NCBI GenBank assembly: GCA_964016885.1
Contig: OZ024742.1
Span: forward strand, 287,494,001 to 287,558,000
Source: Eledone cirrhosa
Lineage: Eukaryota
Reading direction: 5' to 3'
Length of the DNA stretch: 64,000 nt
The position numbers and the translations under genes are program-made. Position 1 is the stretch's first letter. The number at the start of each line of letters is the position of its first letter. Under the pieces are notes generated by a model. It searched no databases. It had not been told where the DNA came from and saw only the letters and a list, made by a program, of their open reading frames with translations. Positions 39,301 through 51,595 of the stretch are shown here, piece by piece.

Positions 39301-42189
39301 CTGAATAGACAACCATGAACATTTGTGGACAGCTTAACATGTCCCTATCCTTCTTTCTAACTAGAACCCTATCTAGGTACGATCTAGATGTTCCGCTGCG
39401 ATTAGTCCACGTCCACAGTGGCACAGTCGGAAAATCTAGTCGATAACTATCAGCCAGGTCAAATCGGCCGATTCACTGTTTGAGGCTGTTACATCGGGAG
39501 ATGCTCCCACATAGTCCTAACGTGCATCTAGGATTCCATTTCAGTCCCCTACTAACAGCAGGGAGCGAGACGTTCCCAGAAAAGTCTCTAGACGTTTGAA
39601 GAAGTCTAGCCGTGGTGTCCCGGATTGGGCATATGCGGCCACCAGCCTGAAGGCTCCACCTTCACTACCGTCAACGTCTAGGACCACCAGTCGACTCCCC
39701 GGGTCCAGATGTACCGTCTGTGTTACGAGGTCCAGGTGTTTCCGCAGCAAAACGGCAACCCCACCCCCACCTCCCGGCTGATAGAGAGATGCGTAGATCT
39801 CAAAGTCGTCGAAGATGGGGGCCAGTTGTCGCTCGCTGTGGATCCTGGACTCGCAAATGGCTACTACATCCATACTGTGCGACCTGAGGTCGTTTAAGAG
39901 TTTGCCCTGTTTCCAGGGAATCCCCAGGCCGCGTACTCTCACACATCCAACTCTTATATTGGCCATGTTGGTGCTGAAAAGTTAAAAGAAGAGGAAAAGA
40001 AAGCACTCACCTCTTCGTCTCCTGGGGACCAGGCTGCACAATTTCCATGGGGGTGTTGGAGGGGTTGTTTGCTGGGGTGGTGGTGGCTGGTGGGGTGGGG
40101 AGGGGGTGTCTGGTGGGAGGGGGAGGGGGTGGGGAAACATTTTAACAGGACTCGATTGTAGGGTTTGACGCAGGGGTTACCTACGTCGTTAGGAATTTTT
40201 TCTTTTAACTGTTTATGTGTGTCCATGGAGGTCCTAATCATTTTAAGATTAGGATTCTCCGAAGAGTGTGTAAAAGTTTTCCCTTCGGTCTCCACCGAAG
40301 GGTTTTTATATATGGTGTCTGTTAAAGTTTTATTGTTAGTATTTATGTATGTGTAATATTTTTGTTGTGTTGTGTTGCTTTTTGTCTGTGGTTCTTGTGT
40401 GTGTTTACGTTTTGAAGTAGGTGTTTTGTTTTCAGGAGGGGGTGTTTTTGTTTGCGCTGTTTGCGTCGCTTGTGTTGGTGTTTGTGTGTTTGTTGCATTT
40501 TTGTCTGTGTTATGTCTTTTCTTTTTTCTTTTTACTAGTCGGAAAGGCTCTCCCTCATCGTCACCCAGTGACGATGATGAGGCCTCATCCGTGTTGTTGG
40601 GGAGGGGTACATTTTGGGGAGCTGTTAAGTGTGTGGGTGTTTCTGGAGTTGTTTTAGGTGGGGAGGGGTTGGGTGGGACTGTGTTTGTCGTTTGTTTTGT
40701 TGTCAGTATTTTTTATGTTGTTGTGGTGGTGGTGATGATTGTTGTGCTGGTGTTGCAGGTGTTGGGAGTAGTGCCTTTTTGGGGCTAGTTAGCCGAGGAC
40801 AGGAAGCTCTCAGGTGACCCCTGCTTAAGTAGTGGTAACATGAGGGCCGCCTACCCTCGACCGAAATGTTTATCTATATAAGCCCATCCAGCAGCACACG
40901 TTCCGGGATCCTAGCTATTCGTTCTGGTGTCATTTGGACCAGAACTTCCAGGCTAGTTCCGCTGAACAGGTCGCCGGAGGACTTACCTACCGATATTATA
41001 TAGTCTTTTTCGAGGATTAAAAATCCACATAGTACCCACCAAATATCAATATTTGGTGTGATACTTTGGATTTTTATTTTCTGTGTTCTTTTCCCCATGT
41101 AAGTGGGGAAAAAGGTGAACAGGTGTGACACAATTGGTGACACAGAATATTCCTGTGCCGTCAATTGGTCTTTCATTAGAATGGATAAACTCCCGTAGAG
41201 TCTACCCTTCTGAATAAAAGCAATGTCTTTTAAGGCATTTTTTAAAGCCAACTCAATTTCGCCTTGTGAAAGTTGAGTCGGTTTCGGGTTTTGTTTGAGA
41301 CTGTCCTGAAAATCACAGTTTTCAAGGCAGCTTCTCTTCGCAAATCTGGGGGAGAGTTTATGGAGAATGATCCGTTCTCCCCAAAAGTTACATATTGTCT
41401 GACGTTATACAAAAACTCATTTGCATTTGAAATATCTACCGGAGTGTAGCCTACCGCTTTCTTTACTGTTTGCGCAAACGATACTTTGTCGTTTACTTCC
41501 TTGTTGCAGTTATTGATCTGGTTGTTGTTATTATTGTTCTTGTTGTTGATGTTGTTCTCGTTTTTTCCGTTGTTGGTGTTGTTGTTCTTCTTCTTCTTCT
41601 TGGTTGTGGTTTTGTTGTCGTTGTTGTTCTTCTTGTTCTCGTTGTCACTGTTGTTGTTGATGGCGTTGTTTGGGTTTGTGCCATTCACAGTGTTCGTGTT
41701 GATGGTGCTGGTGTTGTTGTCGGGGTGTGTTTTAAACATATCGATGTGTTTCAATGAGGCGGTGCGAGCTGCCTGTTGGCTTGACACTTTTGCCGTCCCT
41801 CCACCACCTCTGTCTAATTGTTGGCTGACGGTTTTGTTGTTGTTGTTGTTTTTGTTGCTGTTGTTGTTGTTGGTGATAGCAGCAGGCAGGCAGCCTTCAT
41901 CTGCTACTAGTACTGTGGAAGGTGAGATTAACAGCCCACCTCCACAATTCTCTGATGTATTTTTCGTGAAGATGAGGTCAAAGAATTTGGCCATTTTGGC
42001 TATATTCAAAATTCCGGTAGAAATTTTGTGGGATTTCTCCGTTTTCCGCCCTGATGGGCTTATGGGGTTGCTACCACCTACAAAGTGTAGCATGGCAGCT
42101 TATCGCACAAAATGGTGTAAGAATGTAGATTCAGTTCATGCAATTTCCAATGAAATTAAAACATTTACTCACCAGCGCATTTTCCACGT
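36304..42189 (-). mobile_element. Full-length Tx1/L1-clade non-LTR retrotransposon (ORF1 + APE-RT ORF2, frameshifted)
   Basis: ORF1 has a degenerate knuckle RPSCYHYLSRGHLRASCP. ORF2 starts at 39966 with APE motifs (VRGL, YLDRV, SDHK), then KSPGLDDLP.EFY, FRPITLLN, DQSKAFDRVDH and YADD. The 15-bp TSD ATAATAGAAAGATAA lies at 36289-36303 and 42190-42204. Confidence 0.93.
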
Positions 42190-42967
42190 ATAATAGAAAG
42201 ATAACTAGCAAGTTAGCTAGATAGATAGATGTGTAGGTGGGTAGGTAGGTAGGAAGGAAGGAAGGAAGGAAGGAAGGAAGGAAGGAAGGAAGGAAGGAAG
42301 GAAGGAAGGAAGGAAGGAAGGAAGGAAGGAAGGAAGGAAGGGAGGTAAGTAGGTAGAATAATAGATAGGTAAACTGATAGATAGATAGATATGTAGGTAG
42401 GTAGATAGGTAGGTAGATAGGTAGGAAGGTAGGTAGATAGTTAGGTAAAATAATAGATAAATAGACATGGACTGTCTGATAGACGGGTGGTTAGACACAC
42501 TGATGAAAAGCGACTAAGTCAGGTATGGTGTATCTAATTAACTACCCTATAGAAAGAACAGGACAAACGACTAATCCATTACTAGTGAGAAATCGTGTGA
42601 TGGAATTATCATACTAACACCCAAACCTGCGAGCCTTTTGTTGTTTAACCAGTACCGGAAGATAGTGTGATAGCTATAGTGAAGCGGAAGTTGAAAATGA
42701 TTGAAGAGAGAAGGTGAGAGTTAAAAGTGGTGTGTGAAGCAAGGAAGAGAAGTGAAGTGAAAGAGAATTGATAATAAAATCACAGACAGAGAAAGAGAGG
42801 TGTGTTTGAGGGTAGGGTAAACATAAAAGAAAAACGAAAGAGAGAGAGAGAGAGACAGAGAGAAGGGGCAGAAGTGAGCTCTGCGTGCGCGCGCGCGTGT
42901 CTGTGTGCATGTGTGATTCTCTCTTACTCTCTCAATCACTCTCTTGCTAATACACACACACACACAC

Positions 42968-43055
<88 letters not shown>

Positions 43056-43252
43056 GTACATACATATATGTATACAGACGTACAGTAGTATGTATATACA
43101 TACATACATGCACACATATACATACATATATGTACGTATGGGTTTACCGAATATTTATTATAATGCCCGGTTTGTTTGTAAACAAACAGCGCGAATTAAG
43201 CCGTACAGTGTTCAGCAACCATCGTTGCCCTTTTGTTCAACACTGACAAAGA

Positions 43253-43295
43253 ACGATGAACTAGTTTCTAGCTTATTAGCTGTCATCAGCACCGT
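43253..43295 (-). ncRNA. Type I hammerhead ribozyme
   Basis: ACGGTG-CTGATGA-c-AGCT-aata-AGCT-a-GAAAC-TA-GTT-CATCGT. Confidence 0.85.
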
Positions 43296-43583
43296 ATACC
43301 TTCCTGTCAATCGATTGAACGTTTGAAAGTATATACTTTCCTTATGCATATTAACGGCTGAGCAGCCTAATTTGCATATCGAGTGAGTTAGTCGGCCGGG
43401 CGTACCGAAAACGATAAATGGAAAAAAGGAAATTTAATTTCTCACTCTTAGTACGGCTGTTACTTAAATATAAGTATGTATACGTACATATATATATGTA
43501 TACAGACGTACAATAGTATGTATATACATACATACATGCACACATATACATACATATACGTTCAATCGATTGACAGGAAGGAT

Positions 43584-43626
43584 ACGGTGCTGATGACAGC
43601 TAATAAGCTAGAAAATAGTTCATCGT
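43584..43626 (+). ncRNA. Type I hammerhead, stem III point mutant
   Basis: Same as 43253-43295 but with GAAAATAGTT. Confidence 0.7.
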
Positions 43627-44145
43627 TCCTTTGTCAGTGTTGAACAAAAGGCCAACGATGGTTGCCGAACACTGTATGGCTAATAATTCGGGCTGTTTGT
43701 TTACAAACAAACCGAACATTATAATAAATGTTCGGTAAACTCATACGTACATATATGTATCTATATGTGTGTATGTATGTATGTATGTATATACATACTA
43801 CTGTACGTCTGTATACATATATGTATGTACGTATACATACTTTTATTTAAGTATCAGCCGTACTAAGAGTGAGAAATGAAATTTCATTTTTTCCATTTAT
43901 ATATATATATATATACATATATATATTATAAAGAATCGGGAACCGACGGCTGAGCTCTTGCCGTTTCAACAGCTAGTTCCAGCCGTTGTAACAGGAAGAG
44001 ATCAGTCGTCGGGTCGCGACTCGTTATATTTAACCCCAATTTACAACCCCAAGAATCGAGTACTCTGTTGATTAATGGTCTTACCATCCTCCGGTTGCAA
44101 CGTTTTTCGAAATATTTACTTCTGCGTTCACAGATTGGTTTTTTT

Positions 44146-44196
44146 AGTTTCAGAAGATCCCGTTAAGGGTGAAAGCAGCGATTCTTTGCTTAAACT
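44146..44196 (+). ncRNA. Hammerhead-fold motif with non-canonical core CAGAAGA
   Basis: AGTTT-CAGAAGA-t-CCC-gttaa-GGG-t-GAAA-GCA-gcgattctt-TGC-TT-AAACT. A paralog lies at 60745-60795. Confidence 0.55.
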
Positions 44197-44236
44197 TTAA
44201 TCTGTTATTTTAATATATATATATATATATATATAT

Positions 44237-44927
44237 AAAGTTAGTCCTTGATCAGTGATCTTCCAACCATCATTGGTATTTCATCGCTTTAAAGACCATA
44301 TACCTCCAGTTGGTGCGAGCAACGGCTAAAAATAGTCGTTGGGACACGTAAATAAAGGGGACACGAGAGTGTAAACAAACAAAGATGGTGAAGCAACGAA
44401 AAGTAAGGAAGAAGGAGTCAAGTCCCAAATTTCCATGAATATAAATTCGGTGAAATCGTGAACGAGAGAGAATAAAGACCATCAAACCTGGTTTGAATGT
44501 GAGCAAGGAAGGAATTCCGTACAGGTCTAACGGGAGGAAGAAGGGATCTAGTCTGTGAATTCGGTGAACGTAAGTTCTGTGAAATCGTAGACGAGAGAGA
44601 AAAAAAGCGACCTGCCTGACCAAGGGTGCGAAAGAAAAGAATTACGCACAGGTCAAACGGGAAGAAGGAGGAGGAGGAGAGGTAGTAACAGTGAATGAGT
44701 GAGTGAAGGGTGAGGAAGAGGCTAACAGAGAGAGTGACTGCTAGAGAGGGTAATGATACAGAGAAAGAGGAAGCAGTAAGAACGAAATAGACGGGTCACA
44801 GCGGGGAAAAAAATGTGTAAATATGAGAATAAACGTGCTACGTGGTTGCTAATGGGTTACATATGAATAAAGTTAGTCCTTCATCAGTGATCTTCCAACC
44901 ATCATTGGTATTTCATCGCTTTAAAGA

Positions 44928-44983
<56 letters not shown>

Positions 44984-45105
44984 GGTAATGATACAGAGAA
45001 AGAGGAAGCAGTAAGAACGAAATAGACGGGTCACAGCGGGGAAAAAAATGTGTAAATATGAGAATAAACGTGCTACGTGGTTGCTAATGGGTTACATATG
45101 AATAT
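44237..45105. mobile_element. Non-coding element with permuted direct repeats in (TA)n
   Basis: 44237-44302 recurs at 44868-44931, and 44748-44870 recurs at 44981-45104. A half HHR box (TCA-CTGATGA) lies on the minus strand at about 44882. Confidence 0.65.
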
Positions 45106-45144
45106 ATATATACATAAATATATATATATACATAAATATATATA

Positions 45145-45180
<36 letters not shown>

Positions 45181-45484
45181 TGTATATATGTATGTATATA
45201 TGTATGTATATATGTATGTATATATGTATATATATGTATATGTTATAGTTATTATTGGATGGTGAGTACACTTTAATTTATTCTTTTAATTGATCTGTAT
45301 TCACCTTTCCATTCGTAGACAATATGTTCATCACTCTGGTGGTTTTTTATCCCCATGATTAAACACATATCTCTGTGTACTTCTCTCTATATGTTGATTT
45401 ATAAAGAGCCCGGAATCTATTCCTTGAGCTTATTAAAATTATAGGGGATTTAAAATGAGCCTTTAACTCGTTTTTTTTTTAATT

Positions 45485-45543
<59 letters not shown>

Positions 45544-45547
<4 letters not shown>

Positions 45548-46173
45548 AAATGAGATTAATATCTCCACAGGTACTAAGTACCCACGGAAATATATAGGGT
45601 GTCTATAATACAGTTGTTGTTCAATGGTATTAATTAGAGACACCAGAACTATAAAATTGAAATGAGCTGAACAAGTAAATTTTAAACATTCTTTTAAAAT
45701 AAATGAAAATACAATTTAAATATTCACCTATCCAAATTGCTTTTACCGACCGTTTCGCCTCACAAAAGATTGGGAATCCAAAGGACTTCCAATGGAAAGA
45801 TCGGCTCTTCAGAAAGCTATTTCCATTACATACGATTTAAAATCCCATAGCAAGCAAATACACCGCTAACTGCCAGCTAGTGAAAGATCGAGTGGGCCGT
45901 TAAAAATTGACCTACACGTGAACTGGACATCTAGTGAAAGCAGGTATATTATAGACTTGTTGTATGCCACTTCTAAAAATAGCAGCTAGGTACAACGTTT
46001 TTTTCTCTACACATAGGAGAATAAACATAAAATGAGATTAATATCTCCACAGGTACTAAGTACCCACGGAAATATATAGGGTGTATATAATACAGTTGTT
46101 GTTCAATGGTATTAATTAGAGATACCAGAACTATAAAATTGAGATGAGCTGAACAAGTAAATTTTAAACATTC

Positions 46174-46180
<7 letters not shown>
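45544..46180 (-). mobile_element. Retrozyme-like element: about 480-bp unit with about 155-bp terminal direct repeat and internal HHR
   Basis: ACATAAAATGAGATTAATATCTCC...CATTCTTTTAA occurs at about 45543-45697 and about 46025-46179. (TA)n on both flanks. Confidence 0.8.
45739..45817 (-). ncRNA. Type I hammerhead ribozyme
   Basis: GCTTT-CTGAAGA-GCC...(ATTGGAA/TCCCAAT)...GGC-GAAAC-ggtcg-GTA-AAAGC. Confidence 0.8.
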
Positions 46181-46207
<27 letters not shown>

Positions 46208-46290
46208 CGTTATTCCGGGTTGAATCGGAGGTAACCACAGTAAGTAAGGTACTCAATACATAGCAGAGTATAACAGTTTTAATATAGATG

Positions 46291-46341
46291 AGATTCTACA
46301 GGACTAGAACTGTTTCATTCATTAGAAATCATCAGGAATCT
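46291..46341 (-). ncRNA. Type I hammerhead ribozyme at a PLE relic terminus
   Basis: AGATTC-CTGATGA-tTTCtaatGAAt-GAAAC-AG-ttctagtc-CT-GTA-GAATCT. Confidence 0.7.
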
Positions 46342-46869
46342 GGGTATCAAAAAATAAATATGGTATTTATAGGTCTCTACAAGTGGTAGGAGAGGGTGGG
46401 GAGTGGGATGGGTGCAGGTCATTGGTTGATAGAGAAGGGAATTCATTAAAAGCTAATTCTACATAGCTATAGTTAATTTATATTTATTTATGTTTTTAGA
46501 GTAACAAAGGCAGACAGAATTCTATAAACAGGTTCCGGATGGCATACCATTCCTTGTCAATAAGTTTCTCTTAAGCTAGCAGATGTCTATAAAATCAGTG
46601 GGGGGTCATTCATGCTCGATAGAATTAAAGAAAAGGGAGATTCTTTAAAAGCTAAAGTCATTAAGGTTCTACTAAGTGACAAAGGTCTAGGGAATTCTGC
46701 AGACAGATTCAAAATACTGAGTGCATATCTTACTATTATCTTCGAACTTCTCTTAAACTAATCAACAATATGCCAAATCAACAGACACATTCACAAAAAA
46801 CCAAAAAAACCCAAAAAAACAAAAAAACAGAAAAACAAAAAAAACCGCACCTAAAAAACAAAAAAACAC

Positions 46870-47063
46870 ACATACTCACTCACACACTTACGCGCAACCA
46901 TAAACACACACATAAACACATATACACACATAAAAACACACACACATATATAAAAAATATATAAATATATACAAATATATATTCATGTACACACACATAC
47001 ATACACACGTACATACATACATACATATATAAAAAATACATATACACATATACATACGCACAC

Positions 47064-47140
<77 letters not shown>

Positions 47141-47201
47141 TATACACATATATATATACACACATACACACACACACACATACATACATATATATATATA
47201 C

Positions 47202-47236
<35 letters not shown>

Positions 47237-47437
47237 CATACATATATATACAAATATATATATATATATATATACATACACATATACATACATATATATA
47301 TATACACACACACACAGATACACACACACATACACATACATACACACATACACACATATATACACAAATAAATACACTCACACGCATACATACAAACACG
47401 AGTATACATATGTATAAATATCTATACACACACACAT

Positions 47438-47482
<45 letters not shown>

Positions 47483-47517
47483 CATATACACACATACATA
47501 CACACATATATATACAC

Positions 47518-47568
<51 letters not shown>

Positions 47569-47661
47569 TACATACACACACACACATATATATACATATA
47601 TATATATCTCTATATACACACATACAAATACATATATATATATATATATACATATATATAC

Positions 47662-47699
<38 letters not shown>

Positions 47700-47855
47700 C
47701 CATACATACACAAACATACACATGCATACACAGACCTATACATAAATATACACATATATATACAGAGATATAACGCACATATACACACACATATATACAT
47801 ACACACATATATATATATATATATAAAAATATATATATATATATACACACGCATG

Positions 47856-47928
<73 letters not shown>

Positions 47929-47996
47929 GCGCGCATACACACATACACACACCCACACACAAAATATATATACACACACACATTCTCTCTCTCATG

Positions 47997-48039
<43 letters not shown>

Positions 48040-48079
48040 ATATACACAGACACATACAAATACATACATACATACACAT

Positions 48080-48128
<49 letters not shown>

Positions 48129-48341
48129 TATACATATATATATACACACACATGCATATACATATACACATACATATACACACACATACATACACACACA
48201 CACACACATATATGTACAAATACACTCACAAATACACACACATACACACATATATACATATACATACACACAAACACATACATATACACATATATATATA
48301 TAAATACACGCACACATATACACACATACGCACACGCACAC

Positions 48342-48388
<47 letters not shown>

Positions 48389-48474
48389 AATATATACACA
48401 CACATATATACAAACATACATATACATACATATATATATATATACATATATATATACATATACATATACATACA

Positions 48475-48524
<50 letters not shown>

Positions 48525-48664
48525 TATACATATATATACATATACACACATACATACATACATACATACATATACACAAACACATACAAACATATACCTA
48601 CATAAATATACACACATAAAACACGTATTCACACAAACATATATATATACACATATATATATAT

Positions 48665-48743
<79 letters not shown>

Positions 48744-48880
48744 TATATACACACACATATATATATACATATACATATATATATATATATACACACATAC
48801 ACATATATATATATATATATACACACAACTCATACACAAATACACATATACAAACAAATATATACACATACAAGTAAATA
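46870..48880. repeat. 2-kb compound (TA)n/(CA)n microsatellite
   Basis: Direct reading. It is the source of many spurious ORFs. Confidence 0.97.
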
Positions 48881-49050
48881 GGTACTCAATAAATATACGC
48901 ATATACACAGGCACATAAAGACACCTCTACAGGCAGAAAAAGTAGATACAAAAGAGGTACTCACATGACCATAGTGGCCGTATTTCAGGTTGAGGAGGGG
49001 TGGGGGTAGGGTGGGGAGGAGGTATAGGGGCCAATAGGGGGAGGTCGTTT

Positions 49051-51132
49051 TTAGCCATCGGGCTTTAACACTGGCTTAAAGTGTTTGAATGTTGCAAAGT
49101 TCTTGTGCATGCAGTTCGGGCAGTGTTCAGAGAGTTTGTTCAGTAGCGGGCCCTTGGCGAATAAAATTTCGTAGCTCTCTGAAATACAAAGGTCGCAGCC
49201 CTTGTGTCCTCCGTCGTAAGAGCGCGCTTTCTGGAGTATTTTCCAATTAAGCGTGAAGGGGGTGGAGTTCCTTTTGAGGTCCCAAACGTAGGAGGCGAGT
49301 GTTGTTTGGTTTGATTTATCCGGAGTTCTGAAGGAGTGGGTATGGGCATACCAGCGGGTCTTAAAGGTGTTGGAGGTCATGCCGATGTAAGTTTTTTTGC
49401 AATCCTCGGTGCCCGAGATGACATCGCATTTGTATACGATGTCGTTTGTGAGGCATTTGTTTTCTAGTGGGCATGTTTCCTTATTTAGGCAATTACATAG
49501 AGCCCCAGTCCGGGGATTGGTTTCGGAGGTGGTTGGCTTATTTAGTTTAGAGTTGTGGTTGGCTATATTCCTAGCTAGGTTAGGTGTGGTGGAGTAAGAC
49601 AGTCTTATAGTGTTCTTATTAAAGATGGTGTAGTACCTATGTTGTATGGGGAAGTGTAATTTCAGTAAAGTGAAGAAAATCCTAGCTATCGGAGTAGATA
49701 CCTCTCTATTGAAGGGAGGGTTGTACCAGCTAATCTGCCTATGTCTATTCCTCCTCTGCAATTTTGCGGTGGTTTCTAGGTAAGTTATCTTATCTTTAAA
49801 TCCGCTACGGGCTAGGGCGTCATTGTAGTAGGTGGCAGATGCATTAAAAATATCTTTGTTGGCGGAGAGGCCAGATATTCTAATAGAGACGCTTTTTACT
49901 AGGTTATCAGTAATGTTTTGGGGGTGGTTTGAATTAACATTAATATATTTAAGGGACTCGTTAGGTTTGTGGTACGGGTAATAGAGGGAAGTATCTAGGT
50001 CGAGAGTGACGTCTAAGAAGTTGGCCCTAGTCAAATTAGAATCTATAGTTATACTAAATCCTAGATTAGAGAAGAAAGAGCTTAAGTTTTTCCGAAACCC
50101 ATCGGTGGTTCTGGGGCTAACCTTATGCAGGGCGAAGAGGCCGTCGTCTCGGTATAAACCTCCAGTAAGGCCGGTAAAGAGGTTCTTCAGGTTATGTAGG
50201 ATGTACAGGCCCACAAGGTCGCTAATTTCAGCCGAGTCACTCGCCCCCATGCTAACGTCAAATGGGGTCTGAGATTTCTTGTTCATCCAGTAAGATCCAT
50301 CGTGGTATAGAAAGGTCTTACGAGCGTGGAGGATAATAACTTGCTCGGCATCGGTAATGGTGGTAAAATTCCTGGCAAAGTTAATTGCGTCCTTCAGGAG
50401 GGGCTCCGAGATAGAGGCATAGTAGTTTTCTATGTCGAGTTGCAGGAAGCGAGTGTGGTGTTTATCGGGTAATTCTTGGAACCATGATATTGCCTCAGAT
50501 GTTCTACTCCAGAGTGGAAGTGGTGAGGTCGCCCGCAATAATGGTAGAACTCTATCCAGGATCTTCTTACTGATAGAGCCGATGTCAGAACGAGTGGGGT
50601 TGATAAGTCTGACTGATGGTTTGTTGAGGAAGTTTCCCTTATGGTCCTTCAGGGTAAAGTGCGGGGTCTTTACCCTTAAAGGTTCGGTTCGGTCATGTAA
50701 TTTAAGGGACTTGGCGATTTCTTTTCCGGCCGCGTTTGTCTCAGTCAGCGCCCTCTCTATTACCTTTTTGTAGGTGGTCGTGATGGTATTTTTTGCCAGC
50801 TTATTGTAGGTCTGTGGGTCTACCTCATAAACGTTTTTGGTTTTATCGGAGGAGACATAAAGATTAGGGGATTTTTTTATATTCCGTAATTCGGCATTTA
50901 AGTAGGCCTGGAATGGTGTGGTGGCTCTACGGAATTTAATATCCTTGATCATCTTGAAGAGGTCTTCCTCAAATGGTTGGAGTAGGCTGTTGGTGGGTGG
51001 TGTCTTATTTGTTTTGAAGCCGAACTTCTCATCATTGGTAGATGCTACATCAGGGTTGTCGAGGAAGAAGGCCCTCCATCTAATTCGCTTGATGAACTCG
51101 TCGGTACGTCTGATGAGTGTTTTTAAGTATAG
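49051..51132 (-). CDS. Penelope-like element ORF: RT + Cys linker + GIY-YIG endonuclease (probably Hydra clade), 5'-truncated
   Basis: SDKT, DIENYY, FDVSMGASDSAEISDLVG, GLYRDDGL, FLDV, CNCx5C and IVY..TYIG.T..FKTRW..H motifs. The frame stays open about 60 codons upstream of the ATG at 50952 (LYLKTLIRRTDEFIKRIRWRAFF). Confidence 0.95.
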   Translation of the reverse strand, partial: LYLKTLIRRTDEFIKRIRWRAFFLDNPDVASTNDEKFGFKTNKTPPTNSLLQPFEEDLFKMIKDIKFRRATTPFQAYLNAELRNIKKSPNLYVSSDKTKNVYEVDPQTYNKLAKNTITTTYKKVIERALTETNAAGKEIAKSLKLHDRTEPLRVKTPHFTLKDHKGNFLNKPSVRLINPTRSDIGSISKKILDRVLPLLRATSPLPLWSRTSEAISWFQELPDKHHTRFLQLDIENYYASISEPLLKDAINFARNFTTITDAEQVIILHARKTFLYHDGSYWMNKKSQTPFDVSMGASDSAEISDLVGLYILHNLKNLFTGLTGGLYRDDGLFALHKVSPRTTDGFRKNLSSFFSNLGFSITIDSNLTRANFLDVTLDLDTSLYYPYHKPNESLKYINVNSNHPQNITDNLVKSVSIRISGLSANKDIFNASATYYNDALARSGFKDKITYLETTAKLQRRNRHRQISWYNPPFNREVSTPIARIFFTLLKLHFPIQHRYYTIFNKNTIRLSYSTTPNLARNIANHNSKLNKPTTSETNPRTGALCNCLNKETCPLENKCLTNDIVYKCDVISGTEDCKKTYIGMTSNTFKTRWYAHTHSFRTPDKSNQTTLASYVWDLKRNSTPFTLNWKILQKARSYDGGHKGCDLCISESYEILFAKGPLLNKLSEHCPNCMHKNFATFKHFKPVLKPDG

Positions 51133-51550
51133 TTAGATGCGGAAGTAAAAGAGGTAAGGGAGTGTAATAATTAAAGGAAAGTATCAATCTCGATATATTT
51201 ATAAAAATGTAACAATAAATTAGAAAGAAAAATATATTAAAGAAAAGAAGACAAAAAAAGGGGGTACATACATACACAGACACGCATATCTCACAAAAGA
51301 AACGCAAAAATATACATGCTTATATACACATCCATACGTTCAGTACATACATACACACACACACACACACACATACTTACACTCACGCATATTGACCTGT
51401 TTGCATGCACACGCATAAAAATGAGTAAGTAAAAAGGGGGGGGGGGGAGAAGAAAAAAGGAACAAAACATAAAACCTAGATGTCAAAACACGGATATAAA
51501 GACACATACACATACGCATAATATATACATACACACACACACACATATAT

Positions 51551-51595
<45 letters not shown>

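Larger units (their letters stand above)
43054..43898. mobile_element. Compound array of the 31.9-kb non-autonomous PLE-type family (two minus partial copies + one plus copy)
   Basis: 43054-43322(-), 43415-43558(-) and 43558-43898(+) all match 31777-32200. (TA)n lies on both sides. Confidence 0.85.

Noticed and set aside
41486-42193. Hydrophobic 235-aa membrane-protein-like ORF
   Set aside because: Antisense of the Asn/Lys-rich low-complexity region of Tx1 ORF1.
46880-48914. Long ORFs (up to 411 aa) of YI/CV/HT repeats, here and at 61900-63170
   Set aside because: Translations of TA/CA microsatellites that lack stops by composition.
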